The notes below the pieces were generated by a model. The model was not told where the DNA came from. It did not search any database and worked only from the letters and a program-made list of their open reading frames with translations. The position numbers were made by a program, and so were the translations under genes. From Myxococcota bacterium (lineage in GTDB: Bacteria; Myxococcota_A; UBA796; CAJQPC01): DNA of 64,000 nt. The DNA lies in contig DASCPX010000014.1 in NCBI GenBank assembly GCA_036012755.1, positions 1-64,000 of the forward strand, in the 5' to 3' direction. Positions 38,849 to 48,482 of this stretch are shown piece by piece (positions within the stretch are counted from its first letter, which is position 1; the number at the start of each line of letters is the position of its first letter).

Positions 38849-40417
38849 ATGAAAGCTCGTCACCTGCTGAGTCTCGCCACCCTGGGACTGGCCGCCTGGG
38901 CCTTTCGGGCGGAGGCCACCGCCCCCGCTGGACACCCCCTCCTGCTCATCGGCTTCGATGGTGGGGAGTGGTCGGTCATCGAGGACCTCTGGACCCGGGG
39001 CGAGCTGCCCAACCTCCAGCGCCTGGCGAACGAGGGCGTCCGGGCCCCGCTGGAGACCGAGTACGGCTGGTCACCGGTCATCTGGACGACCGTCGCGACG
39101 GGCCACGTCCCCGACGTCCACGGGATCACCGGCTTCGTCGTGGCGACGGACGACGGAGACGTCCCGGTGAGCTCCGAGATGCGGAAGGTCCCGGCGATCT
39201 GGAACATCACCTCCGCCGCCGACATGAGGACCAACCTCGTCGGCTGGTGGGGCAGCTGGCCGCCGGAGTCCGTCAATGGCGTGAACATCAGCGAGCGCTG
39301 CCAGTCCGATGTCCCCGACTGCGCAACACCGCTGGACTGGAACGCCTCCGTCGAGGGCAGCATCGGGGCGCTGAACACAGCCCACATGCAGCTCTGGCCG
39401 GGCAAGGCGAACTTCGCGCCAGAGGACCGGGTGACCACCGAGTGGGCGCCGCGCCTGGCAAAGGACTTCGACTTCATGGCGATGTACGTCCACGGGACGG
39501 ACCCCAACTCGCACAAGTACTGGCAGTACTTCCGACCGGGCGACTTCGACAGCGAGCCCGATCCGGAGAGGCTCGCCAAGCACCAGGACAAGATCCCGCG
39601 GGCCTATCGCAGCTTCGACACGGTCGTGGGTCGGGTGCTCGAGAGCGCCGGAGACGACGTCAACGTCATCATCGTCAGCGACCACGGCTTCCACGCCCTC
39701 GACGATGTCACGGTCAAGGTCACCTTCGACCTGGACAAGCTCCTGGTGCACCTCGGCTACGCCACCTACACGGACGGGACCATCGATGTCGGCCAGTCCC
39801 AGATGTGGACCTACGGCTCGGCGCTGAACGAAGCGCGCAAGCGCGTCCGCATCAGCATGGAGGGTCGCGACCCGGGGGGCACCCACACAGACGAGACAGC
39901 CGCGGCGCTGCGCGCGGAGCTCGAGGCGAGGCTCGCCACGATCACCTACACCGGCGGCGAGCCGGCCTTCACCATCGAGGACGCCAGCCCTCGCGACCAG
40001 CAGCGCGGCGGAGACTTCGTCATCTCGACCAACGAGGTCGGCGTCAGCAAGGCGCTGCTGATCGACGGAGAGAAGACGAAGGGCATCATCGCGGGCTGGG
40101 TAGAGAACAGCGGCGGCCACTCCGGCGACCCGGCCGGCGTGTTCATCGCTCATGGGCCCGACATCGACCCGGCCGCCGACATGAGCGGCATCCGCATCCA
40201 CGACGTGACCCCGACCCTGCTGTACGGGCTGGGGCTCCCGGTGGGCGAGGACATGGAGGGCGAGCCCTTCACGAAGCTCTTCAGCGCGAAGTTCCAGGCA
40301 GACAACCCGCTCCAGACCGTGAACACCTACGGCGAGCGCACATCGAGCACGGCGACCTCGACGGCCGAGGACGCGGCGATGATCCGGCAGCTGAGGCAGC
40401 TGGGCTACATGGAGTAG
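38849..40417 (+). CDS. Alkaline phosphatase superfamily (type I phosphodiesterase/NPP-like) protein
   Basis: LIGFDG, SPVIWTTVATG, TDPNSH, VSDHGF, DVTPTLL, C-terminal LRQLGYME. Confidence 0.88.
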   Translation: MKARHLLSLATLGLAAWAFRAEATAPAGHPLLLIGFDGGEWSVIEDLWTRGELPNLQRLANEGVRAPLETEYGWSPVIWTTVATGHVPDVHGITGFVVATDDGDVPVSSEMRKVPAIWNITSAADMRTNLVGWWGSWPPESVNGVNISERCQSDVPDCATPLDWNASVEGSIGALNTAHMQLWPGKANFAPEDRVTTEWAPRLAKDFDFMAMYVHGTDPNSHKYWQYFRPGDFDSEPDPERLAKHQDKIPRAYRSFDTVVGRVLESAGDDVNVIIVSDHGFHALDDVTVKVTFDLDKLLVHLGYATYTDGTIDVGQSQMWTYGSALNEARKRVRISMEGRDPGGTHTDETAAALRAELEARLATITYTGGEPAFTIEDASPRDQQRGGDFVISTNEVGVSKALLIDGEKTKGIIAGWVENSGGHSGDPAGVFIAHGPDIDPAADMSGIRIHDVTPTLLYGLGLPVGEDMEGEPFTKLFSAKFQADNPLQTVNTYGERTSSTATSTAEDAAMIRQLRQLGYME

Positions 40418-40426
40418 GGTCCTCGA

Positions 40427-41107
40427 GTGTTCGACCTCCAGAAGACCCACCAGCTCGCTCAGCTCTTGAGCCAACCGCAGGACGCTCGGACCGCGGAGTG
40501 GCTCGGGAGCCTCCAGGACGTGGTGCTCGAGGCCAGCCTTGCCGCACGCGACCCCCAGGTGATCCAGGGGCCGGACGGCTTCCCATACTTCGCGCTGGAC
40601 CTCCCACCAGAGGCCAAGGAGTTCACGGCCTTCTGCGTGGCGCACATCCTGGAGCACTGCACCGATCGAGGGTTCGGGATCGTGCTCGAGCCGAACCGCA
40701 CCCCCCCGGGCTGGGTCTTCACCTACGGCACCCTGTGGTCGCTGCGCGCGCGAGGCAGGTTCCTGTGGGACGACACGCCCAGCGGCGTCCAGACGGAGAC
40801 GCTGGCAGCGGGCGAGGAGCGCCAGGTCCTGGTCGGCGCGCCGGACGAGACCCTGGTGCCGCCCTGGGCGCGGGCGACGCTGCGGCGCTACCTGCAGGCC
40901 TGCGGCGTCGAGACACCCATGTTCTCGCTGGTGATGGACTCGACACGCGAGCCCACCCAGAACCTTGTGTTCAACGTCGAGCCCACCGCCTTCGCGGAGC
41001 GCGGCCACTTCGACGCCTTCATGCAGCGCTTGACCTGGTTCGTGCCTCCCTACCTGCCGGTCCTCTACATCGGAGGCGACGAGGTCTCGGTACGCTTCGT
41101 GATCTGA
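40427..41107 (+). CDS. Hypothetical protein
   Basis: GC3-rich ORF 9 nt after the previous stop. Confidence 0.7.
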   Translation: MFDLQKTHQLAQLLSQPQDARTAEWLGSLQDVVLEASLAARDPQVIQGPDGFPYFALDLPPEAKEFTAFCVAHILEHCTDRGFGIVLEPNRTPPGWVFTYGTLWSLRARGRFLWDDTPSGVQTETLAAGEERQVLVGAPDETLVPPWARATLRRYLQACGVETPMFSLVMDSTREPTQNLVFNVEPTAFAERGHFDAFMQRLTWFVPPYLPVLYIGGDEVSVRFVI

Positions 41108-41162
41108 GGCGGGGGAGTCGCCGGACCTCCCCGGCGGTGCCGTCACGTGTCAGGCTGCCTCC

Positions 41163-41866
41163 ATGTCCACCTGGAAGGAGCACGTCCACCCACACGGAGA
41201 CCTCGTCGAGCTGGCCGAGGGCCTGTGGACCGTGACGGGCTCGCTGCCCAGATCGGGCCTGCCACGGAACATGGTGCTGTACCGGCTGCGCGACGGCGGG
41301 TTGTTGATCCACAGCGCCGTGGCGCTCGACGATCGTCGCCTGAAAGAGCTGGAAGGGCTCGGACCTCCATGGATCCTGGTGGTCCCGAACTCGATGCACA
41401 GAGCCGACGCTGCTGTCTGGAGACAGCGCTTCCCAGAGATGAAGGTCTGCTGTCCGCCCGCTGCCCGCCAGGCTGTGAGCAAGGTCGTCGAGGTGGACGA
41501 GATCGACGCGGACCTCCTCGCCGAAGAGGGCATCACCTGTCACGGCCCGACCGGAGAGTGGGAGCACGTCTACGAGCTACCGCTGGTCTCCGGCGTAGCC
41601 CTCTGCTGCACCGACCTCCTCTTCAACATCGAGGAGCACCTGCCCGGCGTCGCGGGCTTCATCGCCCAGCACGTCACAGCCAGCACCGGGTTCTTCGGCG
41701 TCACCAGACTCGGCCGACTCTTCATGTGGGCAAGACCGATGCCCTTCGAGGATGGCTGGAGGAGCAGGGCAAGCGGGATGACGTCCGCGTGATCACGGTC
41801 GCTCACGGAACACCGATCACCAAGGACGCCGGAGCCCGCCTGATCGAAGCCGCACAACGGCTCTGA
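41163..41866 (+). pseudogene. DUF4336-like metallo-beta-lactamase-fold protein, frameshifted near 41727
   Basis: RNMVLYRLRDGGLLIHS, VPNSMH, DLLFN; the C-terminus (GKTDALRGWL...ITVAHG) lies in another frame. Confidence 0.7.
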
Positions 41867-41910
41867 TCCGTCCCACGGTTCGCCGCAGAGCCCGCTGGTA
41901 CAGTCCGGGC

Positions 41911-42462
41911 ATGAATCGACGGGAAGTGATGCTCGGCACCCTGGCCATCGGCCTGTGGCCATCCACAGCGCTGGCGCGCGACAAGACCCCGAAGCTGTCC
42001 ATCGAGGTGGTCGCGAACGTGACGCATCGCCGAAAGCCCGTGGAACGCAAGCGGGTCGTGCTCCGGTTCGTCATCTACACATCCATGATGGACCGGAACC
42101 CGACCTGGGAGGACACCCAGACCCTCAACATCGTGGAGGGGCGACTCGAGACCACCCTCTCGAAGGGGCTCGGCACCATCGAGGACAACGGCTTCCCGGA
42201 GAAGATCTTCCTGGGCATCTTCGTGAAGGAGATGGGTCCGGAGGTCGTCGACGTGCGGCTCTCCCCGCTGGTCGAACTCGACTGGGTAGGCAGCGGGACC
42301 GCGCCCTGCCTCGAGCAGAACGAATCCCTGGCGCAGGGTGACCTCGACCTCGGCGGAAGCTGTACGATGACAGGCGAAGGCGCTGTCGCCTTCTACGTCA
42401 CAACGCTCCAACGCGTGCCCACAGAGGCAGAATGGGCCGCGGAGCTCGAAGCGAAAGGCTGA
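41911..42462 (+). CDS. Hypothetical protein with Tat-like signal
   Basis: MNRREVMLGTLAIGLWPSTALA. Confidence 0.7.
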   Translation: MNRREVMLGTLAIGLWPSTALARDKTPKLSIEVVANVTHRRKPVERKRVVLRFVIYTSMMDRNPTWEDTQTLNIVEGRLETTLSKGLGTIEDNGFPEKIFLGIFVKEMGPEVVDVRLSPLVELDWVGSGTAPCLEQNESLAQGDLDLGGSCTMTGEGAVAFYVTTLQRVPTEAEWAAELEAKG

Positions 42463-42465
42463 GCC

Positions 42466-42937
42466 ATGAACATGGACTTCAAGAAGATCGCCGCCGTCGT
42501 CTTCCTCCTGGGCATCGGCTACGCCTAGTACAGCGGCGCGCTCGACGGCTTCCTCGATGGCTTCGGGGACGTGCTCGGGGGCGCCGAGCGCCGCTGTGCG
42601 CTTCGGCCCCCTGTCCGCGGACATCGACCTCGACGACGCCGTGGCCTGGGCCGGAGCGGATGCAGACGCTGCGGCGGGCAACTCCCTGGCCTCTCCTGGA
42701 GACCTCAGCGGGGACGACATCGGCGCGGTCCACCTCTTCTACGGGCCCCTGAGCTCGCTGTCGTCACCTGATCTCATCCTGCGCGGCGCCGGGGCCAACC
42801 ACGCCGCCGGGAGCGCGCTGGCCGGTGTCGACGTCAGCGCCGATGGTGTGGACGACCTCCTCGTGGGGGCGCCCGGAGCGAGCTCGCTGCAGGAGAACGG
42901 AGGCGCGGTCTACGTCTGGCTCGGCATGGGCTTGTAG
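42466..42937 (+). pseudogene. Disrupted ORF: small TM peptide joined to an FG-GAP fragment
   Basis: MNMDFKKIAAVVFLLGIGYA*YSGALDGFLDGFGDVL, frameshift near 42577, then GAPSAAVRFGPL...DVSADGVDDLLVGAPG. Confidence 0.6.
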
Positions 42938-43012
42938 GGCAGGCAGGCTTCGGCAAGGTTGCCGGCGAGGCGCGGGCACCGTGGAAGCACACCCCACTTC
43001 ACGGAGTTCCCA

Positions 43013-43989
43013 ATGCTGCTCATCAGCCTCTTCGCCTGCACCCAGACCGAGACTCCCACCGACAACGCCACCGAGCCGACGCCGGCCAAGGACGAGATCG
43101 TCGAGTTCGGTCCCGGGACCGGCAGCTTCAGCGCCGAGACCGCCTCCACAGAGGCCCTCGTCGCCCTGGGCTCGACCATGGCGGACATGATGGAAGACGA
43201 GGGCGTCCGTCGCTTCTTCGAGGACGGGGGGGTACCACCTCGTCGCGCCTCCTCCGAGCGAGGAGCGCTGCGTCACCGCCAGCTTCGACAGCGGCGACAT
43301 CGTGCTCGACTACGACGCCTGCGAGGACGCCGCCGGTCAGCTCACGCTCTCGTGGGAAGGCGAGGGCACGGTCACGGGCACGTGGTCAGAGGACTTCCAG
43401 GTCGGGGACCAGGCACTCTCCGGCACCCTCGCGATCCAGCTGTATGACGGCGCCGTCCGCCTGGAGCGTCGACGGCATCGTCGCCAGCGGTCCCAACGAG
43501 GCCCTCGAGGCCGACTTCGACTGGAGCCTGGCTGTCGACAGCACAGGCCTGACGATCGACGGCAGCTGGTCGAGCGAGGTCGTCCAGACCGATGGCGCCC
43601 CCTACGCCAACGAGCTCGACATCGTCGGACTCACCTGGAGCTTCACCGACCCGTGCCGCTGCCCCACCGCCGGCGACATCAGCCAGGTCCTCGTCGCCAC
43701 GCTGGAGACCGTGACCATCGACTGGGACGACTTCATCAACCTGGGCGACGGCAGCGACGACTTCGAGCCCCAGGAGATCGACATCGAGGACGTCGACGTC
43801 ACCGTGGAGAGCCTCGTGAGCTTCTCCAGCTGCAGCGCCACCGTGACCGTGGACGCCGACGACGTCGAGATAGTGCTGCCCAAGGAGGAGACCGGGCTGC
43901 CGATCGACCTGACCGTCACCCTCCCCGCCTCCGCCACCGCCGACGCTCTCGAGGCGGTGCTGCAGGCCGCTCTCGACGGGATGTGCTAG
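43013..43989 (+). pseudogene. Hypothetical lipoprotein with two +1 frameshifts
   Basis: MLLISLFAC. Removing one G from G7 (43226-43232) and one C near 43458 joins three ORF pieces into 324 aa. Confidence 0.7.
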
Positions 43990-44075
43990 CCGGCACGCCC
44001 CGCTCTCGCGGCGGGTCGGGCTCACAGTCGGCCATGGGATACTCGATTCTCATGGCCGACTTCGAGATCTGAGCC

Positions 44076-45812
44076 TTGATCTGGCAGCTGATCACCGTGG
44101 GCCTCGCCATCGGCGGGGCCGTTGCCTGGAGGCGGCTGCGGCACGTGCGCTTGCCCGGCCCGACCTGGGCCTGGGAGGTTGGATCCGTCGCGGCTGCGGT
44201 CCTGTTGGCGGCGGTTCCGCTGATACTGGCGTGGCTGTCGCTCGCCCCGACGCGGGCTCCGATGGGCCCGGATTCGAGCAACTACCTGGGCTGCGCGCTG
44301 GCCTTCGAGACCGGCCGCTGGGAGCTCTACTTCGACGACCGCTACCCGGCCTACCCCTACCTGGTGGCGCTGTTCGCGCGGGGTGGCCCCTCTGTCCCCA
44401 CCACGGGAACCGCCCTGAGCATGGCGCTGACCGCCCTCACGGCGCTGCCGCTCTACGTGGTGGGCCGCCTGCTCGCGGGACGGGTGGCCGGAATCGGCGG
44501 CGCGGTGCTGGGACTGCGCCAGGCCGTCGTGCTGGACGCGGGCCGCACCTTCACCCACTACCCGCTCTCGGGCCTGCTCGATGCGGGTCTGCTCGCGGCG
44601 GGCATCGGGCTGGCCCGCACGGGCTCGCCCTGGTGCGCTTGGGGCCTGGCCAGCCTGGCTGGGATGGCCATCGCGGCGGACCCCAAGCAGCTGCCCCTCG
44701 CCATGGCCACCCTGTTGGTCGCAGTCGGCTTCGGCCTCGTTCGGCCTCGCCCGTACTGGCAGCGTGCCCAGCTCGTCCTCGCGGCGCTGCTGCCGTTGCC
44801 GGTCACCCACTGGCTGGTCGGACGCTACCGACTCGGGCTGTTGAGCCTGGAAGGCATCGCGGTGCGAACGCCCATGAACTTCGTAGAAGACCTGAGCCCG
44901 CACATGGAGGAGGGCTTCGCCCTGGGAGAGCCCGGAGCGCTCGGCGAGCTGGTGTCCAGCTACTCGCGCGTGCTGGGTGCCGTAGCTCCAAAGGGGGATG
45001 GCCTGGACCCCTCCTTCTTGAACGCGCTGCCCATGCACTTCCCCTCCACCAGCCCGCTCTGGGCCCTGCTCCTGCTCCTGCTGCCCGCCGCCCTCCTCTG
45101 GCGCCGCGAGGTCTGGCGCGTGGGAGCGCTGCTGCTCGTGCTGCTCCAGGTGGCCGCGGCCTCCTCTGTCATGCGCTTGCACTATGCGCATCGCTATGCG
45201 CTCCCTCACCTCGAGCAGGTGCCGGTCGTCGCGCTCGCAGGGGTCTCGCTGGCGGCCGGACCACTGGCGGCGGCAGGCCTCGCCGCCGGTTGGCTGCTGC
45301 CAGGCGCGCCGATGAGCGACCTCGACAACAGCTACCAGTCCAGACAGGCGCAGCACACCGACAACTGGGTGGGGCGCGAGGTCCCAGCCGAGCTGTACGC
45401 CGTGCAGTGGACCGACAAGTACCTGGAGGCCGACGCCGTCATCTACGACATGAGCGGGCAACGGCCCATGCCCATCCTGGCGGCGAGCCGCGAGTACGTC
45501 CGCTGCACCGCCACCCACGACACCTGCGGCCAGGCGATGAGCACCGCCACCACTCCGATCGTCGCGCTCGTCTGGGCCGACGACTTCATCAGCGGTCAGC
45601 TGCCCTCCGGCCCGCGGGAGACCATCACGATGGATACCGGCCACATGCCAACCACGCTGGGAGACTGCTGGAGCCTCCTCACCCATCCGCAGCCAGGGTC
45701 GGGCCTGTACTCCTGGACCTGCACGGAGCGTCCTGACCCATGGCCCGATGTGCGGCACGCGCCCAGGGCTCCCTCGTGGAAGGGTGCTGGAGAGTCCGAG
45801 GGCCGGCCCTAG
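44076..45812 (+). CDS. Polytopic membrane protein, GT-C (PMT/ArnT)-like
   Basis: GPDSSNY, DDRYPAYP in the first loop; more than 10 TM helices; HRYALP. Confidence 0.6.
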   Translation: MIWQLITVGLAIGGAVAWRRLRHVRLPGPTWAWEVGSVAAAVLLAAVPLILAWLSLAPTRAPMGPDSSNYLGCALAFETGRWELYFDDRYPAYPYLVALFARGGPSVPTTGTALSMALTALTALPLYVVGRLLAGRVAGIGGAVLGLRQAVVLDAGRTFTHYPLSGLLDAGLLAAGIGLARTGSPWCAWGLASLAGMAIAADPKQLPLAMATLLVAVGFGLVRPRPYWQRAQLVLAALLPLPVTHWLVGRYRLGLLSLEGIAVRTPMNFVEDLSPHMEEGFALGEPGALGELVSSYSRVLGAVAPKGDGLDPSFLNALPMHFPSTSPLWALLLLLLPAALLWRREVWRVGALLLVLLQVAAASSVMRLHYAHRYALPHLEQVPVVALAGVSLAAGPLAAAGLAAGWLLPGAPMSDLDNSYQSRQAQHTDNWVGREVPAELYAVQWTDKYLEADAVIYDMSGQRPMPILAASREYVRCTATHDTCGQAMSTATTPIVALVWADDFISGQLPSGPRETITMDTGHMPTTLGDCWSLLTHPQPGSGLYSWTCTERPDPWPDVRHAPRAPSWKGAGESEGRP

Positions 45813-46990
45813 GGACCAGCGCTCTTGTGGGTGATCGTCACCCCGGCGACCTCGCCCAGCCGCGCTGCGATGGACACCTTGTCTTGCGGCGCGGCGCTGG
45901 CGATCAGGTGGCGGGCCGCGGCGCGGGCCTCCCGACCGAGGTCCTCTGCGGAGGTCAGGCGCCCCTCTTCCTTGAGCGCTGCCGAGGCGTCCCAGACACT
46001 TCGGACCGCTTCCGGGGCATCGAGCATGCCGCCATCGAGCAGCGGAATCAGGCGTCGAGCTGCGACCTCGACGACCTCGACGTCCGCCAGCTGGAGCGCC
46101 GCGGCGAGCTCGATGGCCGCGGCGTCGTGGGCGACGACACCCTTGGCGCCGGCGAGGCGGGCGATGGCCTGCTGGGCGAGCTTGGGCTCCTCCTGCGCGA
46201 TGAAGGCGCGAGCCTCGGCGACGGTCAGCATGTCCAGCGCCAGCGGCGGGAGGTGGGCACCCCAGGCCCTCCGCAGCTCTCGAACCGTGTGGAGAGCGGC
46301 CAGCGAGCGCCCCTCCACCCGGTGGCGCTCCGCGGTGACATAGCCGTGCAGGGCTTCGAGCTGCGTCTCGGCCATCAGCATGACCTCGTCGGGTCGCCAG
46401 TCGTCGTCGTCGAGGCCAACGACGATGTCCATCCACCGCAGCGTCAGGCGACACCAGGTCACGCCCAGGGGACTGCCGACGCGGCTCTCGAAGCGCAGGA
46501 CCCGCTCGACCTGGGCCCGGGCCGTGAAGACGTGGCCCGTGGTCGCGGGCCGGAAGAGATCGGCGAGGAGCTGCCAGCCGTCCGTCGCGTAGCCGCCAAC
46601 CCGGACCGGGACGAGGTTCCAGGCGATGACCGCGAGGTTGAACCAGAAGACGTTCTCGAGGACGGGGAAGAAGCCAGCCAGCGGCCAGAGGAGCAGCGCG
46701 AGGAGCCCCTGGAAGATGAGCCCGCCCGAGTGGTAGAGCCAGCGCCGGGCGGGGACGGGTTCCACCGGAATCGCCACGCACAGTCCGCCGCTGACGAGCC
46801 AGCGGCCCAGGTAGACGATGGTCCCGGAGCGCAGGCGCCAGCGCAACAGCGGCTTGCCATGCCCGACGCCGAAGCTGGTGACGCGGTAGCCCGCGGGTCC
46901 AGCTGCGAGCGCATGTCCTAGCTCGTGCAGCACCGCGATGAGCGGCACCGCTGCAAGCCACCAGAGCGAGTCGGGAGCCACGGGCAACAC
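45809..46990 (-). CDS. Site-2 (M50) intramembrane metalloprotease with helical C-terminal domain
   Basis: LHELGH and WNLVP....ATDG motifs; SFGVGHG loop. Confidence 0.85.
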   Translation of the reverse strand: MLPVAPDSLWWLAAVPLIAVLHELGHALAAGPAGYRVTSFGVGHGKPLLRWRLRSGTIVYLGRWLVSGGLCVAIPVEPVPARRWLYHSGGLIFQGLLALLLWPLAGFFPVLENVFWFNLAVIAWNLVPVRVGGYATDGWQLLADLFRPATTGHVFTARAQVERVLRFESRVGSPLGVTWCRLTLRWMDIVVGLDDDDWRPDEVMLMAETQLEALHGYVTAERHRVEGRSLAALHTVRELRRAWGAHLPPLALDMLTVAEARAFIAQEEPKLAQQAIARLAGAKGVVAHDAAAIELAAALQLADVEVVEVAARRLIPLLDGGMLDAPEAVRSVWDASAALKEEGRLTSAEDLGREARAAARHLIASAAPQDKVSIAARLGEVAGVTITHKSAGP

Positions 46991-47052
46991 GACACCCAGG
47001 ATAGCCCCGGGTTCCAGACCACCGACAGGATTGACGCGGGTTAGACGGGGAC

Positions 47053-47244
47053 ATGAGCTGGCCCATCGGAAAGACCTGGCACATCGGTGCCCGAGGGATC
47101 GTCGTGGCCGAGGCGCGGGCCTACGCCGCCGCCACCGGGGACGACAACCCGGCCTACGAGGAGGGCATCGCACCGCCGATGCTGCACGTGCGGCTGATGC
47201 GGCCCTTGTTGTGGGGCATCGCCCGCGTGGCCTTCCGAGCATGA
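47053..47244 (+). pseudogene. MaoC/hot-dog dehydratase N-terminal fragment
   Basis: ARAYAAATGDDNPAY...APPM; only 63 aa. Confidence 0.6.
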
Positions 47245-48467
47245 GGGACCCGCGCTGCCTCGGCCCCAGCGAGCTGGAGGCCGAACTCAGGACGCTGATC
47301 GGCGAGGACCTGCCTGCCGAGTTGAGTGAGCGAAGGGAAGCGGTAGAGGCCCTTGGTCGCCGCGCCGATCCCTGGCTCCTGGCGCTGCGCGAGCTGGAGG
47401 CGATCACCGACGGGCTCCCGAGCGATCTCGGGGGCGTGCGGCGAGGGCGCTTCTGGGCCCAGGACCCGGTGAGCGTGACCTTCGAGGGTTGGGACGGTCA
47501 CGGGCGCGTCGCGCTGCGGGTCCTGCGCCCCTCCGTCAAGGACGACCCCGTGTGGCGTCGCCGCCTGGAGCGCGCCGCCAGGACCCAGCCCGGGCCCGAG
47601 ATCCTGGCTCCGGAGCGCTATGTCGACGAGGTCTGGCCCCACCTCGTCGTGCCCCTGCCGGGGACCTCGCTGGCGGACCTGTTGCCGGTCGAAGACCCGC
47701 CGGATCCGCGCATCGTCGCCCGCTACGTCGGAGGGGGGCTGGCCGGACTCCGGCGCCTGCACGCGGGAGGGCTCGTGCACGGCGGACTCACACCCGCTCA
47801 TCTCGTCCAGACCTGCGATGGCGTCAAGCTCGCCTGGCTCGACCCGGTGCTCCCCCGCCCGCGAGACGCTTGCGAGGACCTCGCCGATCTCGGCCGCGCC
47901 ATCGCCGAGCTCGACCCGGAGAACATCGACCCCGTCGCCTCCCTCGCCCGTGGCCTGGCCGAGGGCCCAACCCCGACCGCCGAGATGGCCGAGGAGCTCC
48001 TCGTCCGCACCCTCGGCTCCGTGCTCGCCGACCGGCGCCATCGCCTCGCCATGCGCAGACGAATCGTCGCTCGTCGTGGCGACGAGGCCCGTCTGTTGAG
48101 CCTGGCTCGGCGTCTCCAGACCGCCACGCAGCCACCCAGCGGCAAGTTCTGCCTCCGCGCCGGCCACGACTCGGTCCTGGTGGTCGCGGAGAGCGACGGG
48201 TCGACGGTCAAGGGCGGCCCGGTCGCCAACATCGACGCCCGCTTCATGCCCACCGTCTGGAGCGCGGATCGAGGACTGGACGCCGTCGCCGCCCGGGCCC
48301 TGATGCGCGGCTGGGCGACCCGCACGCGAGGCGACGAGGAGCGCCGCAGCGCGCTCATGGTGGAGCTCACGGGGACGGACGCCCGAGCGGACGTGCTCTG
48401 CAGGTGGCTCTCCTGCCAGGCTCGCCTGAGGGCGGTGAGGATGCTGCTCGAGCTGGGTGGGCGCTGA
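47241..48467 (+). CDS. Protein-kinase-like fold protein, probably a pseudokinase
   Basis: VALRVLRP, GTSLADLL, LHAGGLVHGGLTPAHLV, VKLAWLD; ATGA overlap. Confidence 0.7.
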   Translation: MRDPRCLGPSELEAELRTLIGEDLPAELSERREAVEALGRRADPWLLALRELEAITDGLPSDLGGVRRGRFWAQDPVSVTFEGWDGHGRVALRVLRPSVKDDPVWRRRLERAARTQPGPEILAPERYVDEVWPHLVVPLPGTSLADLLPVEDPPDPRIVARYVGGGLAGLRRLHAGGLVHGGLTPAHLVQTCDGVKLAWLDPVLPRPRDACEDLADLGRAIAELDPENIDPVASLARGLAEGPTPTAEMAEELLVRTLGSVLADRRHRLAMRRRIVARRGDEARLLSLARRLQTATQPPSGKFCLRAGHDSVLVVAESDGSTVKGGPVANIDARFMPTVWSADRGLDAVAARALMRGWATRTRGDEERRSALMVELTGTDARADVLCRWLSCQARLRAVRMLLELGGR

Positions 48468-48482
48468 AGCGCCTCGACCTCG

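Noticed and set aside
42526..42528. Pyrrolysine or recoded TAG
   Set aside because: TAG ends many intact genes here, and this ORF has a further frameshift; a TGG-to-TAG change or error is simpler
41720..43460. Programmed ribosomal frameshifting
   Set aside because: No canonical slippery heptamer with a downstream structure; directions are mixed and the lesions cluster like errors or decay
44034..44072. Tiny ORF MGYSILMADFEI as a leader peptide
   Set aside because: No attenuator structure or codon bias; too short to support
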